A stretch of DNA of 64,000 nucleotides from Bacteroidota bacterium (GCA_003250475.1 QKGI01000065.1:15240-79239), one strand, 5' to 3'. Shown: positions 27,423-37,853, numbered from the stretch's first letter. Made by a program: numbers and translations. Notes: generated by a model from the sequence alone, not told the origin.

Positions 27423-29612
27423 ATGGCAGAATTACGTTTCAGTGCATTGAAAGAATCGTTCAACAGGGAGCCTGTTGAGGTTGTTACACCAGGGGAGTCC
27501 GTCTCTTCCTATTTTTCAGAGAATGTTTTTGACAAGCTCAAAATGGAGCGTTATCTGAGCCGTGAGGCTTACAGGGCGGTAATAACGGCTATAGATGAAG
27601 GTACACCGATAACCAGGCAGATAGCTGACCAGGTAGCTACCGGGATGCAGGCCTGGGCAATGGAACGTGGTGTGACACATTTCACCCACTGGTTTCATCC
27701 GCTGACCGACGCTACGGCAGAAAAGCATGATTCGTTTGTCGGAAGGGGAGAACGGGGTACGATCATAGAGATTTTCTCCGGCGAGGTGCTGGTACAGCAG
27801 GAGCCTGATGCTTCGAGCTTTCCCAGTGGCGGTATCAGGAATACCTTCGAGGCCAGGGGTTACACTGCATGGGATGTTTCATCACCAGCATTTATTGTCG
27901 GTAACACATTATGTATCCCTACCGTCTTCGTCTCATACACGGGCGAGGCGCTTGACTACAAGACCCCGCTGCTTCGGTCGCTGGCTGTGCTCGACCGTGC
28001 CGCCGTGGAGGTATGTCATCTTTTTGACAAAGAGGTGAAAAAGGTGATCTCCAACCTGGGATGGGAGCAGGAGTATTTCCTTATCGATGAGGCACTTTAC
28101 TATGCACGTCCGGATCTGATGCTCGCAGACCGTACACTGATGGGACATCCGTCGTCAAAAGACCAGCAGCTCTCCGACCATTACTTCGGGTCTATCCCGG
28201 AGAGGGTAAAAGCGTTTATGAGTGAGTTTGAGTTTGAGGCTTACAAGCTCGGTATACCGGTAAAGACACGCCATAATGAGGTAGCACCAAATCAGTTTGA
28301 GTGTGCACCGGTATATGAGGAAGCAAACCTGGCTGTCGATCATAATCAGCTTATAATGGATATAATGCGAAGGGTGGCCAGGAAACATAAGTTCAGGGTC
28401 CTGTTCCATGAAAAGCCTTTTGCAGAGGTAAACGGCTCGGGCAAGCACAGTAACTGGTCAATGATGACCGATACCGGTGTAAACCTGCTCTCGCCGGGGA
28501 AGAATCCCAAGACGAACATGCAATTCCTTACATTCCTCGTGAATGTTGTCAAGGCTGTGAACGACAACCAGGAACTGCTCAGGGCCAGTGTTACAAACGA
28601 GAACAATTCCTACAGGCTGGGTGGCCATGAGGCGCCTCCCTCAATAATCTCTGTCTTTCTGGGCAGTTATCTGTCGGAGATACTCGACAGCATAGCCAGC
28701 AAGGTGAAAGACAAGAAGATGACTCCGCAGGAAAAGACGGAGATCAAGCTGGGCCTTGGAAAGATACCCGGCATCCTGCTGGATAATACCGACAGGAACC
28801 GGACCTCCCCGTTTGCCTTTACAGGCAACAGGTTTGAATTCAGGGCTGTCGGCTCCTCGGCGAACTGCAGTTCCTCGATGATTGTTCTCAACTCTGCCGT
28901 GGCACGTCAGCTCAAGTCGTTTATTGATGAGGTGAACGCACTTGTACAAAAGGGACGCAAGAAAGATGAAGCCATCTTCCAGGTACTGAAAAAGTGTATA
29001 ATTGATTCCAAAAGGATAAGGTTCGAGGGTGACGGGTACAGTGAAGAATGGCATCTTGAGGCTGCCCGCAGGGGACTGACTGCTGAGTCAAGCGTGCCCA
29101 AGACACTGAAGGCATATGTCACACCTTCATCACGCGAGACCCTCGTTAACACAGGGGTGCTGAGCGGACGCGAACTTGAAAGCAGGGTAGAGGTTGAACT
29201 GGAGAAGTTTACAAAGAAACTGCAGATCGAATCACGCGTTCTGGGTGACCTGGCTATTAACCATATCGTTCCAACAGCAGTAAATTACATGACCTCGCTG
29301 GTTGAGAATGTAAGAGGTCTGCGCGAGATCTTTGATGATAATGATTACATGCGTCTTGCCGGTGCACGCAAAGAGCTGATAGTAGTCATCTCAGACCATA
29401 TTTCCATGATAAAGAAACTGGTGACAGAGATGATTGACGAACGGAGAAAGGCGAATGTGATTGACGACCTATATAAGAAATCTATTGCCTATGAGAGTAA
29501 GGTCAAGCCGTTCCTCAATGAGATCAGGACACATATAGACAAGCTCGAGCTGGTGGTGGATAATGAATTGTGGCCGTTGCCCAAATATCGCGAGCTTCTT
29601 TTTACACGCTAA
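27423..29612 (+). CDS. glnN: Glutamine synthetase type III
   Basis: 729 aa, the length and N-terminal region typical of GSIII. NGSGKHSNWS catalytic block. Confidence 0.9.
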   Translation: MAELRFSALKESFNREPVEVVTPGESVSSYFSENVFDKLKMERYLSREAYRAVITAIDEGTPITRQIADQVATGMQAWAMERGVTHFTHWFHPLTDATAEKHDSFVGRGERGTIIEIFSGEVLVQQEPDASSFPSGGIRNTFEARGYTAWDVSSPAFIVGNTLCIPTVFVSYTGEALDYKTPLLRSLAVLDRAAVEVCHLFDKEVKKVISNLGWEQEYFLIDEALYYARPDLMLADRTLMGHPSSKDQQLSDHYFGSIPERVKAFMSEFEFEAYKLGIPVKTRHNEVAPNQFECAPVYEEANLAVDHNQLIMDIMRRVARKHKFRVLFHEKPFAEVNGSGKHSNWSMMTDTGVNLLSPGKNPKTNMQFLTFLVNVVKAVNDNQELLRASVTNENNSYRLGGHEAPPSIISVFLGSYLSEILDSIASKVKDKKMTPQEKTEIKLGLGKIPGILLDNTDRNRTSPFAFTGNRFEFRAVGSSANCSSSMIVLNSAVARQLKSFIDEVNALVQKGRKKDEAIFQVLKKCIIDSKRIRFEGDGYSEEWHLEAARRGLTAESSVPKTLKAYVTPSSRETLVNTGVLSGRELESRVEVELEKFTKKLQIESRVLGDLAINHIVPTAVNYMTSLVENVRGLREIFDDNDYMRLAGARKELIVVISDHISMIKKLVTEMIDERRKANVIDDLYKKSIAYESKVKPFLNEIRTHIDKLELVVDNELWPLPKYRELLFTR

Positions 29613-29642
29613 TTCTTAGTTTTCTTTCATAAGTTTTTGGGG

Positions 29643-29677
29643 AATAATGCTCTCATAAATGAGGGCATTATTTTTGT
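29643..29677 (+). terminator. Rho-independent terminator after glnN
   Basis: AATAATGCTCTCA-taaa-TGAGGGCATTATT (13-bp stem with one G-U pair) running into a T tract (TTTTTG). Confidence 0.75.
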
Positions 29678-29738
29678 TGTATGGTCTGGTGTGCGGCAAT
29701 TATTAAAATGGCACTACGTTAACATTGATAACAATCAT

Positions 29739-29746
29739 TACTTTTG
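29739..29746 (+). promoter_or_regulatory. Candidate -7 box TACTTTTG
   Basis: Matches TAnnTTTG, 22 nt upstream of the ATG at 29768. Confidence 0.35.
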
Positions 29747-29767
29747 CATAAATCAAAGGTGGTCTGT

Positions 29768-31744
29768 ATGAACAAATCAATTTTCCTGCTGATTCTTCTG
29801 TTATTGTTTATCCCCCGGGCGCTTGATGCACAGAAGCAGAAGACAGAGCGCGCATACGCCGCTTATGAGGCCGGCAGCTACTTTGATGCGATCGACCTGT
29901 TCAAGGATGTCTATTCAAAGACGCGTGACAGGCAGTTGAAGGCCGACATGGTCTTCATGGTATCGGAGTGTTACCGCCTTATCGATGATCCCAGGAACGC
30001 GGAGCTCTGGTACAAAAGGGCTGTCAGGTCGTCCTTCCCGAGGCCCGAGGCACAATACTGGCTGGCTGAAAGCACGAAGAAGCTGGGTCGTTATCCCCAG
30101 GCCATAGAGGAGTTCCGGAAATACCGGCAGCTTGTGCCGGGTGACCCGCGCACCGAGCAGCAGATACGTTCCTGTGAACTGGCGATGGAGTGGCAGGCCT
30201 CGCCGGAAGCTTATGTCGTTGAGGAACTGAAGGAGGCAAATTCCAGGGACTCCGACTTCAGCCCGGCTTTCGGACGGGATGACTACGGGCTTGTATGGTT
30301 CACCTCATCGCGCGATGATGCCAGGGGTAACAAGGAACACGGTGCCACAGGCCAGAGCTTCACAGATATTTTCGAGACCAGGCTTGACAAAAAGGGTAAG
30401 TGGAGCACCCCCGTGCCGCTTGATTTCCTGAACAGTGAGTTTGAGGACGGAACACCATCATTCTCATCAGATTATACAGAGGTCTATTTTACCCGGTGCG
30501 AGGCAGGCAAGAGGGAGAGAAAGGGATGTGAGATAATGTACTCAACACGTGAGGGTACAGGCTGGACAGACCCGGTGAAGATCGACCTTGTTGCCGACTC
30601 TCTGGTAGTTGCCCACCCGGCACTGTCACCCGACGGCCAGACCCTCTACTTTGTCTCCGATATGCCGGGAGGCAGGGGAGGTAAGGATATCTACCGCTCA
30701 ACACGCACCTCACCGGGAAGCCCATGGTCGAGGCCGGAGAATCTTGGGCCCGACATCAATACAAGGGGTAACGAGCTGTTTCCCTTTGTCAGGGAAGACG
30801 GAACCCTCTATTTCGCGTCTGACGGCCATATAGGAATGGGCGGACTGGATATTTTCAAAGCGACACCCCAGGCCGGTGACGGATGGATCGTGGATAACAT
30901 GAAAGTCCCGATAAACAGCCCGGAAGACGACTTCGGCATCACCTTCGAGAAAGAGGCCGAGAAGGGTATCTTCAGCTCCTCACGCAAGGGCAGGAGCGGT
31001 GATGATCTCTATACCTTTGAAATGCCCCCGCTGCTGTTCAGCATAACAGGACTGGTGAAAGATGAAAAGACCGGACAACCGGTGGGTGCTGCCATAGTGC
31101 AGCTTATCGCCAGCGACGGCGCTAACCTTCAGACAGAGACAGGGGCAGCAGGCGACTTCAGGTTCAGCCTCAGACCGGAGGTGGATTATATCTTCCTCGC
31201 CTCAAAGAACGGCTATCTCAACGGCAAGGAGAAAGAGACAACAAGAGGGCAGGACAAGAGCCGCGAATTCATGGCGACAATATTGCTTACGCCGATTGAC
31301 AAGCCCATTGAGCTTCCGAATATTTTCTATGACTTCGGAAAATGGGATCTGCGTCCCGAATCCATGGTCTCTCTTGACAAGCTTGTTGAGACCCTCAATG
31401 ACAACCCGAACGTGACCATTGAATTGATGTCTCATACCGACTCGCGCGACACCGAGGAGTATAATATGGACCTGTCGCAGAAAAGGGCACAATCGGTAGT
31501 TGACTACCTGATTGGCAAAGGCATTGCCGCTGAAAGGCTTACGGCAAAAGGATACGGAGAGACCAGTCCCAAGGTGGTTGATGAGGCCATCATGAAAGAC
31601 GCGCCTTTCCTGCGGCTGGGAACCACCCTCACAGAACAGTATATTAACTCCCTCGATAACGATGAGCAGAAGGAGATTGCTCACCAGATAAACCGCCGCA
31701 CAGAGTTCAGGGTGCTGAGAACAGATTATGAGGCTGCAAAATAA
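29768..31744 (+). CDS. OmpA-family outer-membrane-associated protein with TPR, PD40/TolB-like repeats and C-terminal OmpA domain
   Basis: The tracked ORF begins at a TTG (29744). The ATG at 29768 gives MNKSIFLLILLLLFIPRALDAQ (Q-rule signal peptide). Repeated D..P..S.DG..LYF(A/V)SD PD40-like units. C-terminus HTDSRDT..YNMDLSQKRAQSV..NRRTEF. Confidence 0.8.
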   Translation: MNKSIFLLILLLLFIPRALDAQKQKTERAYAAYEAGSYFDAIDLFKDVYSKTRDRQLKADMVFMVSECYRLIDDPRNAELWYKRAVRSSFPRPEAQYWLAESTKKLGRYPQAIEEFRKYRQLVPGDPRTEQQIRSCELAMEWQASPEAYVVEELKEANSRDSDFSPAFGRDDYGLVWFTSSRDDARGNKEHGATGQSFTDIFETRLDKKGKWSTPVPLDFLNSEFEDGTPSFSSDYTEVYFTRCEAGKRERKGCEIMYSTREGTGWTDPVKIDLVADSLVVAHPALSPDGQTLYFVSDMPGGRGGKDIYRSTRTSPGSPWSRPENLGPDINTRGNELFPFVREDGTLYFASDGHIGMGGLDIFKATPQAGDGWIVDNMKVPINSPEDDFGITFEKEAEKGIFSSSRKGRSGDDLYTFEMPPLLFSITGLVKDEKTGQPVGAAIVQLIASDGANLQTETGAAGDFRFSLRPEVDYIFLASKNGYLNGKEKETTRGQDKSREFMATILLTPIDKPIELPNIFYDFGKWDLRPESMVSLDKLVETLNDNPNVTIELMSHTDSRDTEEYNMDLSQKRAQSVVDYLIGKGIAAERLTAKGYGETSPKVVDEAIMKDAPFLRLGTTLTEQYINSLDNDEQKEIAHQINRRTEFRVLRTDYEAAK

Positions 31745-31765
31745 ACAAAAGGCTGTCCTGGCATC

Positions 31766-32935
31766 ATGACTGACCTGTCAAGATATGCAAAAAGGGGAGT
31801 CTCATCCGGGAAGGAGGAGGTCCATGCCGCAATAAGCAATGTTGACAAAGGTCTGTTTCCCGGCGCTTTCTGCCGTATAGTACCCGACCTGCTCACGGGT
31901 GACCCGGGGTGGTGTAACATCATGCATGCTGACGGTGCCGGGACAAAGTCATCACTTGCCTATATATACTGGAAGGAAACCGGTGATCTCTCGGTCTGGA
32001 AGGGGATTGCGCAGGATGCCGTTGTGATGAACCTTGACGATCTCTTATGTGTGGGTGTTACGGATAATATTTTGCTCTCGTCAACCATTGGCAGGAACAA
32101 GAGACTAATCCCCGGAGAGGTGATCAAAGCTATCATTGAAGGAACGGAAGAGTTTCTCGGTAAGATGAGGGAGGCAGGTATAGGGATATGGTCCACCGGA
32201 GGGGAGACGGCAGATGTGGGGGACCTGGTCAGGACAATCATTGTTGATTCCACCGTTACTGCACGTATGCGAAGGACCGAGGTCATTGACAACGCCGGAA
32301 TAAGGCAGGGCGATGTGATAGTAGGCCTGGCCTCCTCAGGACAGACTTCATATGAGAGCTGCTATAACGGGGGCATGGGCAGCAATGGTCTTACCTCCGC
32401 CCGCCATGATGTATTTCACAATTATCTTGCACATCTCTATCCGGAGAGTTATGACAAAGATATTCCCGGGTCACTTGTTTACTCCGGCGGCATGAAGCTG
32501 ACTGATCCGACAGCCGTTCCGGGGGTGGATGCGGGCAAGCTGGTCCTTTCTCCCACGCGAACCTATGCACCCGTGATAAGAAAGGTGCTTGAAGTAATGA
32601 GACCGGCAATACATGGCATGGTACACTGTTCAGGGGGAGGACAGACAAAGATCAAACATTTCATTGACAGGCTGCATGTCATCAAGGACAATCTCTTCCC
32701 GGTACCGCCTCTGTTCGCAATGATACAGGAAAACTCAGCCACTCCATGGGAGGAGATGTACCGGGTGTTCAACATGGGTCACCGGATGGAGCTCTACGTA
32801 GACGGGAAGGATGCCCGGGCTATTATCGATATAGCCTCTTCGTTCAGCCTGGAGGCACGTATCATAGGACGGTGCGAGCCTTCAGCATCGAACCGGTTAA
32901 CGATACATAGCAGTACCGGTACATATGAATATTAA
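31766..32935 (+). CDS. purM: Phosphoribosylformylglycinamidine cyclo-ligase (AIR synthase), long Bacteroidota form
   Basis: 389 aa. RYAKRGVSSGKEEVHAAI..IMHADGAGTKSSLAYIYWKETGD and an AIR-synthase-type C-terminal domain. Confidence 0.75.
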   Translation: MTDLSRYAKRGVSSGKEEVHAAISNVDKGLFPGAFCRIVPDLLTGDPGWCNIMHADGAGTKSSLAYIYWKETGDLSVWKGIAQDAVVMNLDDLLCVGVTDNILLSSTIGRNKRLIPGEVIKAIIEGTEEFLGKMREAGIGIWSTGGETADVGDLVRTIIVDSTVTARMRRTEVIDNAGIRQGDVIVGLASSGQTSYESCYNGGMGSNGLTSARHDVFHNYLAHLYPESYDKDIPGSLVYSGGMKLTDPTAVPGVDAGKLVLSPTRTYAPVIRKVLEVMRPAIHGMVHCSGGGQTKIKHFIDRLHVIKDNLFPVPPLFAMIQENSATPWEEMYRVFNMGHRMELYVDGKDARAIIDIASSFSLEARIIGRCEPSASNRLTIHSSTGTYEY

Positions 32936-33108
32936 CCGACAGCCTGCCACCGGGGCTGACGGATGACTGCCACAAGAGAATCCGGCAATGGTGGCAGCCG
33001 GAGATCTGTTACTGTTGAATGACCTGCACGCCTCTTTCCTGATTTAAAAAATGCTCCCGGGCCTTTTATTAACCGGCAGCACTCTATTGCCTATTGCCTG
33101 ACAATAAT

Positions 33109-33116
33109 TACCTTTG
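33109..33116 (+). promoter_or_regulatory. Candidate -7 box TACCTTTG for prfA
   Basis: Matches TAnnTTTG, 22 nt upstream of the ATG at 33138. Confidence 0.35.
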
Positions 33117-33137
33117 CACCCTGAAATTTAGCATGTA

Positions 33138-34223
33138 ATGGCAAACAATCTTATACTTGAGAGGCTTCTTGGTGTTAAGAAACGCTTTCTCGAGGTGGGT
33201 GATCTCCTGACCTCACCCGATGTGATGTCGGATATGAAGCGTTATATCCGGTTAAACAAGGAATACAAGGATCTGAAGCCTGTCATAGAGGCGTATGAGA
33301 AGTACAAGAGTGCAATAGACAACCTCGAGAGCGCCAGGTCGCTTCTTGCTGCCGAGAAGGATGAGGAGATGCGTGAGATGGCTAAAATGGAGATAGATAA
33401 TCTGCTTGAGGCCATCCCTGGAATGGAGGAAGAGATAAGGTACCTCCTCCTCCCGGCCGATCCTGAAGATGAGAAGAATGCTGTCATGGAGATAAGAGCC
33501 GGCACCGGTGGTGATGAGGCCAGCATCTTTGCCGGAGACCTCTTTCGCATGTACTCAAAGTATATTGAATCCATGGGATGGAAACTGGATCTTAACTACT
33601 ATTCCGAAGGTACTGCCGGTGGATATAAGGAGGTCGTTTTCACGGTTATCGGAGAGGGTGTCTATGGCATTTTAAAGTATGAGTCGGGTGTGCACCGTGT
33701 ACAGAGGGTGCCCCAGACCGAGACACAGGGCCGGATACACACATCCGCGGCCACCGTGGCAGTATTGCCTGAGGCCGGTGAGTTCGACATTGAGGTACGT
33801 AACGAGGACATCCGGAAGGACACCTACTGTTCATCAGGTCCCGGCGGACAGAGTGTCAACACCACCTATTCGGCCATAAGACTTACCCATATACCCACCG
33901 GGCTGGTGGTGACATGCCAGGATGAGAAGTCGCAGATCAAGAACCTGGAAAAAGCCATGAGAGAACTGCGCACGAGACTTTATAACCTCGAGTATCAGAA
34001 ATACCTTGATGAGATTTCTCACAAGCGTAAGACCATGGTCTCAACGGGTGACAGGTCAGCCAAGATACGTACATACAACTATCCCCAGGGAAGGGTGACA
34101 GACCACCGGATCAATCTTACCCTTTATAACCTTCCTGTGGTGCTTGACGGTAACATACAGGAACTGCTCGATAAGCTCCAGATGGCTGAGAACGCTGAGC
34201 GCCTTAAGGAGAGTGATAATTAA
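33138..34223 (+). CDS. prfA: Peptide chain release factor 1
   Basis: 361 aa. GGQ motif ([12 protein letters not shown]), RF1-type PxT tripeptide (PQT) and HRVQRVP. Confidence 0.92.
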   Translation: MANNLILERLLGVKKRFLEVGDLLTSPDVMSDMKRYIRLNKEYKDLKPVIEAYEKYKSAIDNLESARSLLAAEKDEEMREMAKMEIDNLLEAIPGMEEEIRYLLLPADPEDEKNAVMEIRAGTGGDEASIFAGDLFRMYSKYIESMGWKLDLNYYSEGTAGGYKEVVFTVIGEGVYGILKYESGVHRVQRVPQTETQGRIHTSAATVAVLPEAGEFDIEVRNEDIRKDTYCSSGPGGQSVNTTYSAIRLTHIPTGLVVTCQDEKSQIKNLEKAMRELRTRLYNLEYQKYLDEISHKRKTMVSTGDRSAKIRTYNYPQGRVTDHRINLTLYNLPVVLDGNIQELLDKLQMAENAERLKESDN

Positions 34224-34233
34224 CAGATTTGTA

Positions 34234-35064
34234 ATGACATCCAGAGACATCTATCAGCAAATCCTGAAGAAACAGTCCTTCCTCTGCGTGGGGCTTGATC
34301 CTGAGATCTCAAAGCTGCCGGCCAGTGTGAGTGGAGCCGATGACCCGATATTTGAATTTAACAGGCGGATAATCGATGCCACCCATGAATATACTGTAGC
34401 ATACAAGCCTAATTTTGCATTTTACGAGTCATACGGTCCCGCCGGTATGGCTGCGCTTGACAGGACAGTCAGGTATATAAACAAGCTGGATACGAATATC
34501 TTTATCATAGCAGATGCCAAGCGCGGTGACATTGGGAATACGTCCAGGATGTATGCCAGGGCCGTATTTGGAGAGATGCCTTTTGATGCCGTCACCGTGG
34601 CGCCCTATATGGGTGAAGACTCCGTCACCCCGTTCCTTTCATACCCGGGTAAATGGGCAGTAATACTGGCCCTCACTTCAAACAGGGGTGCCGACGACTT
34701 TCAGTATCACAACGATAAAGGCCAGAGGTTGTTTGAAAGAGTTCTCACGGTAACACAGAGGTGGGGTACCACTGATAACCTTATGTATGTTGTGGGAGCC
34801 ACCAGGGCCGAGATGCTTGCAGATATACGCAAAATAGTTCCTGATCATTTTCTCCTGGTACCGGGTGTAGGGGCACAGGGAGGCAGTCTTGAAGAGGTTT
34901 CACATTATGGTATGAACAGTCGTTGCGGGCTGCTGGTCAATTCATCACGCGCCATCATATATGCTGACAGCAGTGCGAATTTTGCTGAGGTCGCAGGGAA
35001 AAAGGCCCGTGACATGCAGCAGGAGATGGCTATTCAGCTGGAGAAGAAAGGTCTGAAGGAATAA
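34234..35064 (+). CDS. pyrF: Orotidine-5'-phosphate decarboxylase (type 2)
   Basis: ORF 34144..35064. The ATG at 34234 ([23 protein letters not shown]) starts 11 nt after the prfA stop. [13 protein letters not shown] active-site block. Confidence 0.88.
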   Translation: MTSRDIYQQILKKQSFLCVGLDPEISKLPASVSGADDPIFEFNRRIIDATHEYTVAYKPNFAFYESYGPAGMAALDRTVRYINKLDTNIFIIADAKRGDIGNTSRMYARAVFGEMPFDAVTVAPYMGEDSVTPFLSYPGKWAVILALTSNRGADDFQYHNDKGQRLFERVLTVTQRWGTTDNLMYVVGATRAEMLADIRKIVPDHFLLVPGVGAQGGSLEEVSHYGMNSRCGLLVNSSRAIIYADSSANFAEVAGKKARDMQQEMAIQLEKKGLKE

Positions 35065-35185
35065 GGTCTGAAGGTCTGAAGGTCTGGGGTCTTTTCGATT
35101 GCCATCCCTGCAGTCTGGCTCCTTCACTAAAATGATCCGCAGGATCATTTCTTGACGCTCGGACCGGTCTGAAGTCTGAAGGTCC
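35050..35185. repeat. GTCT-family intergenic repeat element, copy 2 (69-bp core 35106..35174 flanked by GGTCTGAAG microsatellites)
   Basis: The left microsatellite GGTCTGAAG..GGTCTGAAGGTCTGAAGGTCTGGGGTCT (35050..35092) starts inside the last pyrF codons. The core matches copy 1 at 68/69 positions. The right flank is GGTCTGAAGTCTGAAGGTCC (35166..35185) followed by a T9 run. Confidence 0.85.
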
Positions 35186-35199
35186 GTTTTTTTTGTTCC

Positions 35200-36465
35200 T
35201 TATTCTTCATTGTTTATCTCCGCTCTTTGCGGTATCTGTCCGTTATCCCGTTTTCTAATCTCTTCCTTTACTATAGACCTGATCGGCGGGATCAGGAAGG
35301 CTCCCAGTCCCAGGGCGGCAATACTGCTGCCTGAGATGATGAAAGCATTACCTATGCCTATAGTGTCAGCTACATACCCTGTTGCCAGAAGACCTATCAT
35401 TGCCGGTAACAGGGTTATGCTGGAGTAAAGAGAGAAGACCCTTCCAAGGGCTGCCGGTTTGACCATTGTCTGCAGAACCACTGTGAAGGATCCGGAGTAT
35501 ATAGTGAATGTTACTCCTCCGATGGCAGTTATGGCTGCAAACAATGCAAAACCGGAGGACGGGAGTATCCCGGAAAAGAGGAACGTCAGTCCCAGTATCA
35601 TGTACATAAGGTTAATGAGAACTACCTTATAGTTGTTAAGGCGTTTATGTCCTATGATGGCTCCCCCGGCAAACATGCCAATGCCCCAGGCTATCTCGAC
35701 AATGCTCATCATGTATGTTGTTCCGTTGAAATGCTGCAGTGTCATGAGCGGAAACAAGGCTGCAACAGGCATGATGAAGAACATAGCCGAAAGTGCAAGT
35801 ATAAAAAGCCATAATAGTCCCGGCTTGCTGTAAATTTCTTTTAAACCCTCCATCAGTTCTCTCACCAGGTTCGGGCTCTCTATGTTCTTTTTTTCAGGAT
35901 CGGGGATACGTACCATAAGCAGTGTTATGACTGCTATTATGGCACCGGCAACATCGATCAGGAGGATCCACTGCAACTCAAACAGGCTTATCAGCAGCGC
36001 TGCCAGGGCCGGGCTGGCTACGGTGCTGACCGACTGTATCATGTTGTTTATACCGGCTATCTTCATCAGTTTATCCTTAGGGGCAATAAGAGGCACCGAG
36101 GCCTGCATTGCCGGGACATGGAAAGCCATTCCTGCAGAACGCATCACAAGAAGTATGTATATGTAGAAGATCTTTGCCTCGCTGAGCCAGAACAGGGCGA
36201 CCATCGCCAGTGTGCAGAAAGCGATAAACAGATCGGAAAAAATCATTGTCCACTTGCGCTTCCAGCGGTCAACAAAGACACCCGTGAAAAGTCCCAGTAC
36301 CATCTGGGGAAGGAGAGAAGCTATAGTAGCATAGGCAAGTACTTCGGCTGATCCTGTCTCAACACTCAACCAGAAGATAACGGCATAGCCAACCACATAG
36401 CTGCTCAGTGTTGAGGCCAGCTGGCCGCTGAAAATAATGGTAAATACTCTCTTCCAGTCCTTCAT
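35200..36465 (-). CDS. MFS transporter (efflux-type, 12 TMS)
   Basis: ORF 35200..36480. The ATG at 36465 gives MKDWKRVFTIIFSGQLAS. Hydrophobic throughout, with a VDRWKRK loop motif typical of MFS. Confidence 0.75.
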   Translation of the reverse strand: MKDWKRVFTIIFSGQLASTLSSYVVGYAVIFWLSVETGSAEVLAYATIASLLPQMVLGLFTGVFVDRWKRKWTMIFSDLFIAFCTLAMVALFWLSEAKIFYIYILLVMRSAGMAFHVPAMQASVPLIAPKDKLMKIAGINNMIQSVSTVASPALAALLISLFELQWILLIDVAGAIIAVITLLMVRIPDPEKKNIESPNLVRELMEGLKEIYSKPGLLWLFILALSAMFFIMPVAALFPLMTLQHFNGTTYMMSIVEIAWGIGMFAGGAIIGHKRLNNYKVVLINLMYMILGLTFLFSGILPSSGFALFAAITAIGGVTFTIYSGSFTVVLQTMVKPAALGRVFSLYSSITLLPAMIGLLATGYVADTIGIGNAFIISGSSIAALGLGAFLIPPIRSIVKEEIRKRDNGQIPQRAEINNEE

Positions 36466-36477
36466 GATCCAAAGCAA

Positions 36478-36485
36478 CAAAGATA
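36478..36485 (-). promoter_or_regulatory. Candidate -7 box (TATCTTTG on minus strand) for the MFS gene
   Basis: Matches TAnnTTTG, 13 nt upstream of the ATG at 36465. Confidence 0.35.
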
Positions 36486-36665
36486 TTCCTGAATAAGTTT
36501 ATTGCACCGCTCAAAATTAGGGTTTTGATTTCAAACCCGGGATGAGAATAAGGCACGGTAAGCCTGTCAGTGGTTCAAAATCCCTTTTTTCAGGGAGGCT
36601 GAGCTGAACCGGTCTGAGCCCGGTCAGCTAAATAATTATTCCTGACAGCCAATAGCCGATTGACT

Positions 36666-36710
36666 GAATATGCCGGCGAATTACAGTTTTCGCCGGCATA
36701 TTCTCATTTT
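36666..36710. terminator. Strong hairpin downstream of the six-gene exported-protein operon
   Basis: GAATATGCCGGCGAA-ttacagtt-TTCGCCGGCATATTC, a 15-bp perfect stem. The T tract (TCATTTT) is on the plus strand only, so the strand of action is ambiguous. Confidence 0.55.
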
Positions 36711-36771
36711 GAACCAACTAAAATATTTGAGCATCCGTATCTGCCCGTGAAGGGATCACGCTTCCATCCCT

Positions 36772-37803
36772 TTAATCAAGCGGAAGATGTAAACTGCTGA
36801 GATCAAGTTCACTGAGCAGTCTGTAAACATAGTAATAGCCGTCACCCCTGCGCAGGCAATCGTTCATCTTACTCCTTACCACCTGCATGGCAGGGACCTC
36901 CATGATGATTATCTGTATTGCTGACCGTGGCAGGTTCCTGTTCCAATAGTCAGGGTCAGGCCTCATCACCGGCGTATCATTTTTCACAGAACCGATCCTG
37001 GAGATGCTTTCCGTGTTGCCCATATAGGCATATGAATCTTTTTCAGCTTCGGAAAACCTGTTCAACTCACCTGTCAGCAGAGGAACCATAACATCTGACT
37101 GAGCCTTATCGGGCATGAGTCTCCAGTAATCGATCATCAACCGGAATACCTCGCGGATCGTCACCTGTTCCCAGTAGCCCGGCCGGTCTGCATTGAATAT
37201 CACGATATTATCCCCGTAACGGTCTATCCCGGGACTGATATGCTCCTTTACTCCCGGCTGAAAAAAAAGCTCTTTAAGGGCAATGGTCGCTCTATGCATG
37301 CTGTTTTCGTTAAAGGCCGGGTTGGTGGGATTGTATGCGTTGCTGTAGTCTGAAACGTTGAAGCCGCTGCTGCAGAACTTGTCTGTCCTGTTCACACTGA
37401 ACCGCCATTGAGGTGGTTCGACCGTCCATTGCGTCTCCTTTCCGTTGCGCATGTTCCACGTTCTGAAATAGAAGCATACCGTTGAAGTGACGCCATAACC
37501 ATACCTGGAGTTACAGCTTCCTCCGCCGAGGTCACATACCCCGTCAAAGCCTTTGTTTTCTTTCAGCACCGGTAACACACGGAATATCTGAACAAGCTTT
37601 TCCAGGGTCTTCAATGATTCTTCAGATTCGAAATCAGAGATATTGCATGATTTGCCATAAAGGTCTGGTCCCTGTCCGTTCAGAGGATTCCTGACTATTT
37701 TAAAAGTCCCGGGCTTGTCAGTCAGCAGTTCTTTATCCTGTGCGGGAGCTGCCTGAAAAAGAGCCATGAATAATACCGGTATAAAAATGTTCAGTTGTTT
37801 CAT
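36772..37803 (-). CDS. Exported hypothetical protein, paralogue A (last gene of the orphan operon)
   Basis: ORF 36772..37824. The ATG at 37803 gives MKQLNIFIPVLFMALFQAAPAQ (Q-rule signal peptide). Shares PGTF.I, EPP.W, PGID.Y, RP.YW..VT..E.F and NRNLPRS.IQ blocks with the upstream gene. Confidence 0.7.
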   Translation of the reverse strand: MKQLNIFIPVLFMALFQAAPAQDKELLTDKPGTFKIVRNPLNGQGPDLYGKSCNISDFESEESLKTLEKLVQIFRVLPVLKENKGFDGVCDLGGGSCNSRYGYGVTSTVCFYFRTWNMRNGKETQWTVEPPQWRFSVNRTDKFCSSGFNVSDYSNAYNPTNPAFNENSMHRATIALKELFFQPGVKEHISPGIDRYGDNIVIFNADRPGYWEQVTIREVFRLMIDYWRLMPDKAQSDVMVPLLTGELNRFSEAEKDSYAYMGNTESISRIGSVKNDTPVMRPDPDYWNRNLPRSAIQIIIMEVPAMQVVRSKMNDCLRRGDGYYYVYRLLSELDLSSLHLPLD

Positions 37804-37853
37804 TAACAGGTTGATTAGCTTCAATATCAGTTATATCTCGATGAAAGGCATCT

